Source of the DNA: a virus
Lineage: Duplodnaviria > Caudoviricetes
Direction: 5' to 3' (one strand)
IMG/VR virus record: IMGVR_UViG_3300037420_001181
Coordinates: 1 to 34,069 of that record
DNA length: 34,069 bases
Position numbers and translations under genes: made by a program. This document shows, one piece after another, positions 1 to 7,468 of this stretch; within the stretch, counting starts at the first letter, position 1, and each line of letters opens with the position of its first letter. The notes under the pieces were generated by a model, which saw only the letters and a program-made list of their open reading frames with translations, had not been told where the DNA came from and ran no database searches.

Positions 1-1
1 G

Positions 2-214
2 CCGCTGCGCCATCGCGTCCGATGGCGGCATAAGTAGCTCATACGGGTAAATATTCAGCGCGCTCGCGACATCGTTGAGAATGTCGCGGTTGTATCGCTG
101 CTTCCCGGTGACGAGATCGGACACCTTCGCCTTGGGATAATCGGTGCGGCGCACAAGCTCAGCCTGGCTAGTTCCGGTGGCCGCGAGCCATTCCTTTAGA
201 TACCAGTCGAGCAC
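2..214 (-). CDS. CI-like XRE/HTH repressor, N-terminal part (runs off the left edge)
   Basis: Not in the ORF track. Manual translation from GTG 214: VLDWYLKEWLAATGTSQAELVRRTDYPKAKVSDLVTGKQRYNRDILNDVASALNIYPYELLMPP. XRE-type HTH, divergent from cro. Confidence 0.85.
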   Translation of the reverse strand, partial: MLDWYLKEWLAATGTSQAELVRRTDYPKAKVSDLVTGKQRYNRDILNDVASALNIYPYELLMPPSDAMAQR

Positions 215-220
215 GATCAG

Positions 221-226
221 ATTGTA
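221..226 (-). promoter_or_regulatory. PRM-like -10 box (TACAAT) of a leaderless repressor transcript
   Basis: Minus strand reads TACAAT-ctgatc-GTG with no SD, as for leaderless lambda cI mRNA. Confidence 0.6.
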
Positions 227-247
227 CGAAACCCGCCGATATCTGGC

Positions 248-300
248 GTTCCCGAAAACCTGAACTGAGCCACTTGACTTTGAGTTCAGAAAAGCCGAAC
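248..300. promoter_or_regulatory. Candidate operators and rightward PR-like promoter
   Basis: Inverted repeats GTTC-N10-GAAC (248-265) and GTTC-N9-GAAC (284-300) flank TTGACT (274-279). A possible -10 AACACT lies at 298-303. Confidence 0.55.
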
Positions 301-308
301 ACTTCGGC

Positions 309-521
309 ATGACCCTATCAGAATGGCGCTCGAAGAACGGCAAGTCGCTTGAAGCGGTCGCCTCTATGCTCGGTAAGAGCAAGGGGCACCTCCACGCTGT
401 AGAGACCAGCAATTACGCGACAGCCAAACTGGCGCTGGCAATCGAAGAGATGACAGGGGGCCAAGTCGATGCGGCGTTCCTGAACCCGCAGATCGCCCAA
501 GCGCGGCGAGCGGTCGCTTAA
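309..521 (+). CDS. Cro-like HTH regulator
   Basis: 70 aa; MTLSEWRSKNGKSLEAVASMLG...LALAIEEMTGGQV is a typical Cro/YdaS-like pattern; divergent from the repressor. Confidence 0.85.
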   Translation: MTLSEWRSKNGKSLEAVASMLGKSKGHLHAVETSNYATAKLALAIEEMTGGQVDAAFLNPQIAQARRAVA

Positions 522-724
522 TGGGCTGGGGGAGCCAGCCTGATGACGCGGTCCAGCTGCGCGACTTGCCACTTGGCGAGCGCTTCGCTGAGGCTGGCCG
601 CGACCTGACGAGCCACCGCTTGGGACATGATCCACTCTGTGTCCGCCCAACGGCAGATGATGTGATCCCCCTCGGGCTCAAACTCAGCAGCTTCTCTAAC
701 CCACAACGGCAGTTTCTGACCCAT
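518..724 (-). CDS. Small hypothetical protein convergent on cro
   Basis: GGAG SD upstream of ATG 724; protein-like 68 aa (MGQKLPLWVREAAEF...); its stop overlaps the cro stop (TTAA 518-521). Confidence 0.55.
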   Translation of the reverse strand: MGQKLPLWVREAAEFEPEGDHIICRWADTEWIMSQAVARQVAASLSEALAKWQVAQLDRVIRLAPPAH

Positions 725-915
725 TCGAACGCTCCACAAGCCGCTGATTCGGCAGCGGAATGTGATCGCGAGTCTAAGCTGTCGAGTCCATTAACAAACA
801 GCAATGTTGGCAGCCGTTTGTCGAATATTTTGGCGCGGACCGTTCTCGCGCCGTTGGTGAGTGGGAACGCTGCCCCTGCGCCCCACTCACCTTCCCTGTT
901 GGCGGTCTTGTAGCC

Positions 916-1410
916 GTGGCCGGCAGAATCACTAGATTCATGATCGCCAGCTTGGCGCGGCGCTGTGGCTACGTGCGTCGGCGTCGGGTCGTCAAGTTCG
1001 ACGGGTCGTTTCTGTTCCGCCGCTATGAATTTCTTTGGCACGATGAGGGCCGCACCAGCACCGGAGAATCTTACAATCGACCTCCTTGGTGGCGTCCGTT
1101 CAACGTGTTCCTCCACCTTTGGCGTCCTACGGCCGGAGAGGAATTTCACGACCATCCGCGTTGGTCGATAACGATTTGCCTGACTGGGCAGCTTACAGAA
1201 AAAACGCCTTGGGGACAACGCGTGCTTCGCCCCGGATCGATCCAATTCCGAACGCGGAAATTTATCCATGCCTTTGAGGTGAAGCCGGAACATCGCGGCA
1301 AGACTTGGACACTGTTCATCGTCGGGCGCCGCAACCACTGGCAGAACACCTATCGCATCAAGTCCCAACGCAAAATTGGCGACCGCTTCTCCAGAGCGAA
1401 GGCTGTCTAG
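916..1410 (+). CDS. Cupin-fold (HDHP motif) phage protein; start uncertain (GTG 916 or ATG 940)
   Basis: FNVFLH..EEFHDHPRWSITICLTG.LTE...FIHAFEV...TWTLFIVG resembles cupin metal-binding motifs. Confidence 0.7.
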   Translation: MAGRITRFMIASLARRCGYVRRRRVVKFDGSFLFRRYEFLWHDEGRTSTGESYNRPPWWRPFNVFLHLWRPTAGEEFHDHPRWSITICLTGQLTEKTPWGQRVLRPGSIQFRTRKFIHAFEVKPEHRGKTWTLFIVGRRNHWQNTYRIKSQRKIGDRFSRAKAV

Positions 1411-1680
1411 ATGAGCGCTCTCTACACCGCTCTCGCTATCCTCGGCTGGCTGCTCACCTGCGTCCTCATTTACTTCGCATTTCGCTTCATCACCAACGTT
1501 CTCAATTACGCTGGAGACACGCATAGCGATTTCGCGGACCAATTCGCCCACGGCGACTGCCCTGCGGTGCCGGATGGCTTGAGGCCCGCCCGCCTCGCTG
1601 CCGAGCTCAGTGAGCGGGCCAATACCAACACTAGTCATTCTGTTCTTCTTTCCGGTCCTCTTAACGGGACGGATGCGTAA
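1411..1680 (+). CDS. Small protein with N-terminal transmembrane helix
   Basis: Abuts the upstream stop; hydrophobic ALYTALAILGWLLTCVLIYFAF. Confidence 0.65.
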   Translation: MSALYTALAILGWLLTCVLIYFAFRFITNVLNYAGDTHSDFADQFAHGDCPAVPDGLRPARLAAELSERANTNTSHSVLLSGPLNGTDA

Positions 1681-1683
1681 TAG

Positions 1684-2097
1684 ATGGCCTCGCTCCCCAT
1701 TTCCGCGAACGATTCGCTTCTCGTTTCCCGCAACGCAGTGCGCGAGAAGTTAAGGGACACGCTTCGGCTCTATGTCGGGCGTGGCCGTCGCTACAGCGTC
1801 AAAGAGCTATCGAACGCTACCGGCGTCCCTGATCGCATGATCGAGAGCGCCATGTGCGCTGTGGACGATCCAGACTACCGCCCGCTCACGCTTGAGAATT
1901 TGCTGAGCATCACAAGCTTTCTCAGCGCTCCTTTCGCGTCGGCGTTCCTTGAGCTTTCGGGCTTGGGCGCATTCGAGTTGATGGACGGACAACCACCGCT
2001 TCCGCGTGTGCTCGCCAGCGCGCCCACACAAGAGGACGAAGCCGAAGAGCGCAAGCGCCTCATTCGCCGCTTGGCGGAACTGGACGGTGTGCTGTGA
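1684..2097 (+). CDS. HTH DNA-binding protein in the CII position
   Basis: YSVKELSNATGVPDRMIESAM HTH-like segment; downstream of cro. Confidence 0.65.
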   Translation: MASLPISANDSLLVSRNAVREKLRDTLRLYVGRGRRYSVKELSNATGVPDRMIESAMCAVDDPDYRPLTLENLLSITSFLSAPFASAFLELSGLGAFELMDGQPPLPRVLASAPTQEDEAEERKRLIRRLAELDGVL

Positions 2098-2264
2098 AGC
2101 GCCTCCTCCACCTCCTCGATAAAGCCACAATCCGTCGGAACCGGAAGCTCGCATGCGAGAAGCTTCAGCGGATCGTCGACGCAAACAAGCGAGCACCGGC
2201 AACACAAGAGTTTGCACGGAAGCGCGCTGCGATGCTGCGGCATACGCGGGGGCTGGCGCAGTGA
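2094..2264 (+). CDS. Small basic hypothetical protein (56 aa)
   Basis: Below the ORF-track cutoff; GTGA overlaps at both ends (2094-2097, 2261-2264); VKRLLHLLDKATIRRNRKL...GLAQ. Confidence 0.65.
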   Translation: MKRLLHLLDKATIRRNRKLACEKLQRIVDANKRAPATQEFARKRAAMLRHTRGLAQ

Positions 2265-2968
2265 GCAGTCTCGTCCTCTCCCTTTTTCCTGGCATCGGCC
2301 TTCTCGACCAAGCCTTCGAGGAAGAAGGTTTTTGCGTCGTGCGCGGACCCGATCTTTTGTGGGGCGGAGACATATGCAGCTTCCACCCGACGCGAGGAAG
2401 GTTCGACGGCATCATTGGCGGCCCGCCGTGCCAGTCATGGAGCGGGCTAGGCAACGTAAACCGCGCCAGATGGGGCGATGGCTGCATGATGCCAGACCGC
2501 ATCCCAGAGTTCGCGCGCTGTATCAACGAAGCGCAGCCGACATGGTTCTTAATGGAGAACGTGCCGCAAGCCCCTGCACCGGACTGTCCCGACTACCAGG
2601 TAGTGCAACGCATATGCAACAATAGATGGTGCGGGGGCGATCAGAACCGCGAGCGCAAGTTCACGTTTGGCCTGCACTTGAGAACGCTAGGGAACCCGCT
2701 TTTCCAAATCGATACAGTTGCTCTTGAAAGCCCGAACTACCGACCGACAGTCATCAGCACAGGGCAGAACGGCAAGGGTGGGCCGCGCGCCTCGATCGAG
2801 CAGATGGCGAAGGATCAGGGCCTAGACCCGCGTCGGTTCGATAACTCGCCTTTCACGACAACAGAGCTTCGCCGCGCAATCGCCAATGGAGTACCGCTCC
2901 CAATGGGACGCGCCGTCGCCAGAGCGGTCAAATCTTCCGTGCTCAAGCAATGGGAGATTGAGGCGTGA
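2261..2968 (+). CDS. DNA (cytosine-5) methyltransferase, orphan
   Basis: Motif I LSLFPGIG, IV GGPPCQ, VI FLMENV, VIII QNRER, X IANGVP. Start moved to the coupled GTG 2261. Confidence 0.9.
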   Translation: MSSLVLSLFPGIGLLDQAFEEEGFCVVRGPDLLWGGDICSFHPTRGRFDGIIGGPPCQSWSGLGNVNRARWGDGCMMPDRIPEFARCINEAQPTWFLMENVPQAPAPDCPDYQVVQRICNNRWCGGDQNRERKFTFGLHLRTLGNPLFQIDTVALESPNYRPTVISTGQNGKGGPRASIEQMAKDQGLDPRRFDNSPFTTTELRRAIANGVPLPMGRAVARAVKSSVLKQWEIEA

Positions 2969-3120
2969 AAGACCGATTTCACGGATTTGTGCGCCTTAGC
3001 GATGCGACATGGTGGGACCAGCATGGCCGCAAACTGAGCGACGACCCTGAGTGGAATAAATGGCTCTTGGAGTGCGCAGAACGCGACCGCCGTCGTTTAG
3101 CGAACGGAGGGTGCTTCTAA
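2965..3120 (+). CDS. Small hypothetical protein (51 aa)
   Basis: GTGA overlap with the MTase stop; fills the gap to 3121; VKDRFHGFVRLSDATWWD... Confidence 0.55.
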   Translation: MKDRFHGFVRLSDATWWDQHGRKLSDDPEWNKWLLECAERDRRRLANGGCF

Positions 3121-3516
3121 GTGACCCAACAGACCCCACAAACCCAATCACCTTCAGAGAGGTCGGTACTGATCGAGCTTTGCTGGCCGGCTGATCCGCT
3201 TTGGCCGAACAAGCGCGCACATCGCTACGTCGAAGCCCGCGCCCAGAAGGCAGCGAAGCGCGAGGCATATTACGCGACCAGGCTGACGATGCCCCACGAT
3301 TGGGCTCCGGCTGGCGATAAAGTCAGCGTCCACCTGATCGCCCACTGCAAGCCCACCGGGCCGCATCCTGACAAAGACAATACCGTCGCCGCAGTGAAAA
3401 GTCACCTAGATGGAATTGCCGATGCGATCGGCATGAACGACCGAGATTTCGACGCTCCGACCGTCTCCTTCGCTGATCGATGCGAGCGCGGCAAGCTCAT
3501 CGTGAGGATCAGCTAA
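3121..3516 (+). CDS. RusA-like Holliday junction resolvase
   Basis: IELCWP..LWPN N-terminus and PDKDN..AAVKSHLDGIADAIGMND catalytic pattern. Confidence 0.75.
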   Translation: MTQQTPQTQSPSERSVLIELCWPADPLWPNKRAHRYVEARAQKAAKREAYYATRLTMPHDWAPAGDKVSVHLIAHCKPTGPHPDKDNTVAAVKSHLDGIADAIGMNDRDFDAPTVSFADRCERGKLIVRIS

Positions 3517-3762
3517 ATGAACATGCACGCTACCTTGACGCGCTCTCAACAGCGTATCGCGCAGCTCATCAACATGGGGCGCCCTCTAACCGAAGAGGAA
3601 AGCGAAGAACTCTATCGCGCGCTTCACGCAGACTACATGCGGAAGTGGCGAGCCGAGAAACTGAAAAGAGTTAAGCGTGAGGCCGGGCGCTTTGTCCGCG
3701 ACGAAGCCAAGAAGCACAATCTCCAATTGCTGCGCCGCGTAAGGGCGGAGATGCAGCCGTGA
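3517..3762 (+). CDS. Hypothetical protein
   Basis: Tightly packed in the operon; helical, charged 81 aa. Confidence 0.65.
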   Translation: MNMHATLTRSQQRIAQLINMGRPLTEEESEELYRALHADYMRKWRAEKLKRVKREAGRFVRDEAKKHNLQLLRRVRAEMQP

Positions 3763-3929
3763 GCTGGCGCTTCTATCCCTTGGCAGACTGCATATCAGAG
3801 GGTGTCCTTGTTGGCGAGGGGAGAGGCGGCCACAAGCCAAAGGTCGCTGAGTTTCTGACGCTCGAGGAAGCGAAGGCGCGCGCCAACGTCAAACACACCA
3901 AACGCTTACGGAAGGCGCTCGCGAGATGA
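3759..3929 (+). CDS. Small hypothetical protein (56 aa)
   Basis: GTGA and ATGA overlaps at both ends; VSWRFYPLADCISEG...KALAR. Confidence 0.6.
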   Translation: MSWRFYPLADCISEGVLVGEGRGGHKPKVAEFLTLEEAKARANVKHTKRLRKALAR

Positions 3930-4756
3930 GCCGCATCCGATCGATTCATCCTGGCCTGTGGACAGACGAACGCTTCGTCACGGCCAGCCCAATGGCTCGG
4001 CTATTTTTCATGGGTCTATGGAACGAGTGCGACGATTATGGCTCGTTCGAATGGTCTCCGCTAAAGCTCAAGATGCGCCTGCTTCCGGCAGACAATGCCG
4101 ACGCATCGGCACTTATGGAGGAACTGAGCGAAGCTGGCAGCATCATCCGTTACGAAGTGGGCGGGAAAAGCTACGGAGCGGTTCGGAACTTCTGTCAGTT
4201 TCAGCGACCCAAGAAGCCGAACTCGGTCTATCCTCAGACCGATGAAATTCGGAACTGGGTAAACACTGAAGCTCGATCAACGCGCGACGGTTCGGAAGCG
4301 GTAGAGAACGAGTTACCCACTGGTGGGGAAATTTGCCGCCAGATGGAGGATGGAGGAGATAAAGGGAGGAGGAGAGGGAGAGAGCCTAGCCCACCCGAAA
4401 CAGATAATTCTCCTAAGCCTAGCCAACGCGAGCAAATCCCGAACGACATCTCGGACGGTCGTACGGCGCTGAATTACGTTTGTGCCGAAGCTGGTTGGCG
4501 TCCCGGCAGCGACACCCAGAGGCAGAACTCAATTTCAATTATTGATGGCTGGCTGGCGGCTGGCTGTTCGCTGGAGCTCATTCTCTCAAGCATCCGCCAG
4601 GCTCGAAAGAGCGATCCATCGCCGACACGGTCACTCAAGCGCTTTGACAGCACGATCCGCGGCAAACGACGCGATCAGCTCGGCGGAGATCTGCCTATCT
4701 CGATAGCTGATGTGCGCTCGCTCACGACCTCTATCGCCGGGAGGCTGACGGCATGA
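3926..4756 (+). CDS. Phage replication initiator (replisome-organiser type)
   Basis: N-terminal MSRIRSIHPGLWTDERF...ARLFFMGLWNECDDYGSF pattern, low-complexity linker, lambda O-like position. Confidence 0.75.
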   Translation: MSRIRSIHPGLWTDERFVTASPMARLFFMGLWNECDDYGSFEWSPLKLKMRLLPADNADASALMEELSEAGSIIRYEVGGKSYGAVRNFCQFQRPKKPNSVYPQTDEIRNWVNTEARSTRDGSEAVENELPTGGEICRQMEDGGDKGRRRGREPSPPETDNSPKPSQREQIPNDISDGRTALNYVCAEAGWRPGSDTQRQNSISIIDGWLAAGCSLELILSSIRQARKSDPSPTRSLKRFDSTIRGKRRDQLGGDLPISIADVRSLTTSIAGRLTA

Positions 4757-5154
4757 TCTGCGCGCAAAAAATTTCGGAAATCCGAACACCCCGATGCCCT
4801 TTGGTGATGTTTGAGCGAAGCGGTCACAGGACAACAAGCCCCACCGTGTATTGGTGGAAGCCTGTCCGGACCGCTTCAGTCGATGCCCTTTGGAGCCAGC
4901 CATCGCTTCGCAGTCGCCTGGGGATGGGATTATCCCAAGCTTGGCCGTTGCTTTCGAGGCTAGTTCCCGCCCCGCTCATCCCCGCTCGGCCTTTCGGACT
5001 CGGGTGGTGCTATGATGAGGCCCCGCTGGTAACACCAAGCCGCTTTCGCAGCATCTCACGCCAACGGTATCAAGCCCAACCGCGAGACGAGCGGCGCGTA
5101 GCACACTTCTGCCGCGCAATCAACATTCGCATCTCACCCACCGGAGAAAGGTAA
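4753..5154 (+). CDS. Hypothetical protein (doubtful)
   Basis: ATGA and TAATG couplings at both ends, but the composition is unconvincing. Confidence 0.4.
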   Translation: MICAQKISEIRTPRCPLVMFERSGHRTTSPTVYWWKPVRTASVDALWSQPSLRSRLGMGLSQAWPLLSRLVPAPLIPARPFGLGWCYDEAPLVTPSRFRSISRQRYQAQPRDERRVAHFCRAINIRISPTGER

Positions 5155-5423
5155 TGGCCGAGAACATCGCCTTCACCGAGCGCGTGATCGCCGATGTGCA
5201 AAAACGTCCGCTCGATCTGAAGGCCCAGGCGATAACCGATTATCTGATGCGTTTTGGTCGGCTTGCCTACGACCTCGCTCACAAACTCTGGTGGGTAAAT
5301 CATCCAAGTCAGGGGTGGCAAGTCGCGGTGTGGCTCACGGATGCCTGCGAAGAGCTTAGCGAAGAAGAGCGCGCTTCGATTTCTGTTTCGCAATTCGCGC
5401 AAGAATTGGTCGGAGGAAGGTAA
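5154..5423 (+). CDS. Hypothetical protein
   Basis: SD (GGAGAAAGG) and TAATG coupling. Confidence 0.7.
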   Translation: MAENIAFTERVIADVQKRPLDLKAQAITDYLMRFGRLAYDLAHKLWWVNHPSQGWQVAVWLTDACEELSEEERASISVSQFAQELVGGR

Positions 5424-5977
5424 TGGCGTCCCGCAAGCGCAGCCGCAAGGTCAAGGTCGATCCCGTGCTCAAGCTTGCGGAGTCGATCATTCCTGTCGAG
5501 CAAATTCGTAACCAGTTCTACGCGATCTGCGGTGTGTCGAACCACAGCGAAGCGGACCAGCGGGCAATGGTTCGATCGGGCGAGACCAAGACCCTGCGCC
5601 GGCTGACTCGGATCGAGCTGATGCACAAAGCCGGGATCATCAATGCCGAACAGGCGGCAGCATGTGAGTTTTACGCCGCCGCCTATCAGCTTGGGTTTCA
5701 GACGATCGGCTGTACTGCCAACTACGGTGGAGCGGGAGGGGGATCATTCGGTTCAAGTGATCTCCTTGCCCGCTACAAAGCCCAAGCGGAAGCACGAGAG
5801 AACTACCACTATGCCCGCCTTGCCGTGCCGAAGCATCTCCTGTCGTCACTGGACGCGGTAGTGCTGGAGACTGGTCGCCCGCCGCAGATGATGCGGAAAG
5901 AGGAGAAACTGAGGTTCAGCCTGGCAGCGTTTCTGCTTCACGGGCAGATCGGGCATATGCTATCGGTGGCAGCATGA
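5423..5977 (+). CDS. Putative late-gene regulator (Q position; DUF6456-like)
   Basis: IELMHKAGIINAEQAAACEFY pattern of alphaproteobacterial phage late regulators; near the end of the early operon. Confidence 0.6.
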   Translation: MASRKRSRKVKVDPVLKLAESIIPVEQIRNQFYAICGVSNHSEADQRAMVRSGETKTLRRLTRIELMHKAGIINAEQAAACEFYAAAYQLGFQTIGCTANYGGAGGGSFGSSDLLARYKAQAEARENYHYARLAVPKHLLSSLDAVVLETGRPPQMMRKEEKLRFSLAAFLLHGQIGHMLSVAA

Positions 5978-6071
5978 ACGCAAATATCCGATGGGGAAGT
6001 GATCCCCAGCTAACTGGGTGCCTAATTGTTGGCGATGTTATACGTAACATACCCACTTGTAGGAGGCAGGG

Positions 6072-6323
6072 ATGCCGCCGGATGAGGAGCTAGAAGAAAC
6101 ATCCAGCTCTCACCGGTGGGGTCTCAGGTACTCCACAGTGGAGGGCGTGGTTTGCTTGATGCAGATTGCCGGTGGCGGTCGTATTCGCCTTCGTTGCGGT
6201 GCGCGGGAATGGTGGTCGCGCCCGCAGCGCGCGGTCGCGTGGGAAGCCTATCTGTCCGACGTTGGACAGACTTACGACAGCAAAGAACTTGCCGAAGAGG
6301 TTATCGCCAATCTGACACGATAA
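6072..6323 (+). CDS. Hypothetical protein
   Basis: Strong SD AGGAGG before ATG 6072. Confidence 0.55.
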   Translation: MPPDEELEETSSSHRWGLRYSTVEGVVCLMQIAGGGRIRLRCGAREWWSRPQRAVAWEAYLSDVGQTYDSKELAEEVIANLTR

Positions 6324-6412
6324 TTGCGGCGGCGTCCCATGCGTGGTGAGGTTCCCCTCGCGCTCGTGATGGCCACTCCTGGGTTGTCCGCGCAATCGTG
6401 AACATTTCGCGC

Positions 6413-6441
6413 TTTACAAGTATCAGGCCAGAATGTAGTTA
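6413..6441 (+). promoter_or_regulatory. Candidate late promoter
   Basis: TTTACA-N17-TAGTTA in an AT-rich patch upstream of the packaging genes. Confidence 0.4.
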
Positions 6442-6622
6442 ATTGTCATTGTGTCGTCGTGCGACCGACACGACCCCATCATTGTCGGCGGCTGAGTGTT
6501 TCCCCTTCGCTTGCTCGCCGAATCCCCGCGCCCGATCATCCGACACACCCACTGGAAGCTCTGACGTAGCTTAGCCGGTCGGCAATGCTCGTGGCGCGGG
6601 TTATCTTCAGGAAGTAACGCTT

Positions 6623-6877
6623 ATGAGCGCAGTCGCCTCGGGAACTTCCAGCATTCGCCTTCTCTCCGCAAGAGCGGGAAGGACGGGCTTTGTGATCGAG
6701 AACAGCGACGCCAACCGCCTTCATGTGCTGCTTGGATCGGGAACAGCGGACACATCCAGCTCATACAGCTTCAGCCTCGCGCAAAACGAAACGTCCGCGC
6801 TGCTCAGCTACACTGGCGATGTATTCGGGATCTGGGCCGCTGACGGCACAGGCTACGCTCTCATAACCGAATGGTGA
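6623..6877 (+). CDS. Small beta-rich virion protein, candidate head-spike base/decoration protein
   Basis: 84 aa with alternating beta-strand pattern (RTGFVIENSDANRLHVLLG...YTGDVFGIW); first gene of the late operon. Confidence 0.65.
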   Translation: MSAVASGTSSIRLLSARAGRTGFVIENSDANRLHVLLGSGTADTSSSYSFSLAQNETSALLSYTGDVFGIWAADGTGYALITEW

Positions 6878-6882
6878 CAGCC

Positions 6883-6993
6883 ATGGCGGACAAATCCAAG
6901 CGCCAGCCTCCAACTCCAGCAGACGAACAGCGGATCAAAGCCGCGCGCCAGGCAATGTTCGCCGCCATGCTCAAGGATGCGCTGGATGGCTAA
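6883..6993 (+). CDS. Very small hypothetical protein (36 aa)
   Basis: MADKSKRQPPTPADEQRIKAARQAMFAAMLKDALDG fills the gap and overlaps the TerS start. Confidence 0.5.
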   Translation: MADKSKRQPPTPADEQRIKAARQAMFAAMLKDALDG

Positions 6994-7468
6994 CCGCGCA
7001 TTCGAGGATGATCAGGTCGAAGAACTGCTTGATCGCATCGCTTCAGGCAAAGAGAGCCTGATGGAGATTTGCCGCGATCCCAGAATGCCAGGTCTCAGCA
7101 CGGTTTACGACTGGATCGAATGCGACCCTGAATTTGCCGGACGTTTCCGCGCGCGAAAAGCAATCGGTGTTCGCGCGATGGTCGATCAATGCCGAGAGAT
7201 TGCTGACGAGCCGGTGAGAGATGCTGTTGCCGTCGCCGACAAGCGGGTTCGCATCGACACGCGGTTGAGATTGGCCGGCAAGTGGTTGCGCGATGAGTTC
7301 GGTGACCAGATCAACGTCCACACCAAGTCCGAGGTAACGCATCGGCATGACCTTAGCGGCTACAGCGCCGATGAACTCGACGCGCTTGAAAAGCTTGTCG
7401 CAAAGAGTTCCGACGCTTCGCGAGATACGAGCGGAGAGGGCGCGGAGAAGCCTGGGAGCGTTCACTAG
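6986..7468 (+). CDS. terS: Terminase small subunit (Sf6-like)
   Basis: IASGKESLMEICRDPRMPGLSTVYDWI HTH and RVRIDTRLRLAGK; precedes TerL. Confidence 0.88.
   Translation: MANRAFEDDQVEELLDRIASGKESLMEICRDPRMPGLSTVYDWIECDPEFAGRFRARKAIGVRAMVDQCREIADEPVRDAVAVADKRVRIDTRLRLAGKWLRDEFGDQINVHTKSEVTHRHDLSGYSADELDALEKLVAKSSDASRDTSGEGAEKPGSVH

Noticed and set aside
248-300. Host LexA boxes at the immunity switch
   Set aside because: The GTTC/GAAC half-sites are inverted with 9-10 nt spacers rather than direct with N7, which fits phage operators better.
521-913. 130-aa plus-strand ORF after cro
   Set aside because: TAATG-coupled to cro, but the sequence is unconvincing, it overlaps a better SD-led antisense ORF, and it spans hairpins. 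Not excluded entirely.
364-1638. 424-aa minus-strand ORF
   Set aside because: Shadow of cro, the cupin and the TM gene in GC-rich DNA; no motifs.
2153-2260. Longer N-terminus for the C5 MTase
   Set aside because: Motif I starts right after the coupled GTG 2261, and a separate 56-aa ORF occupies this stretch.
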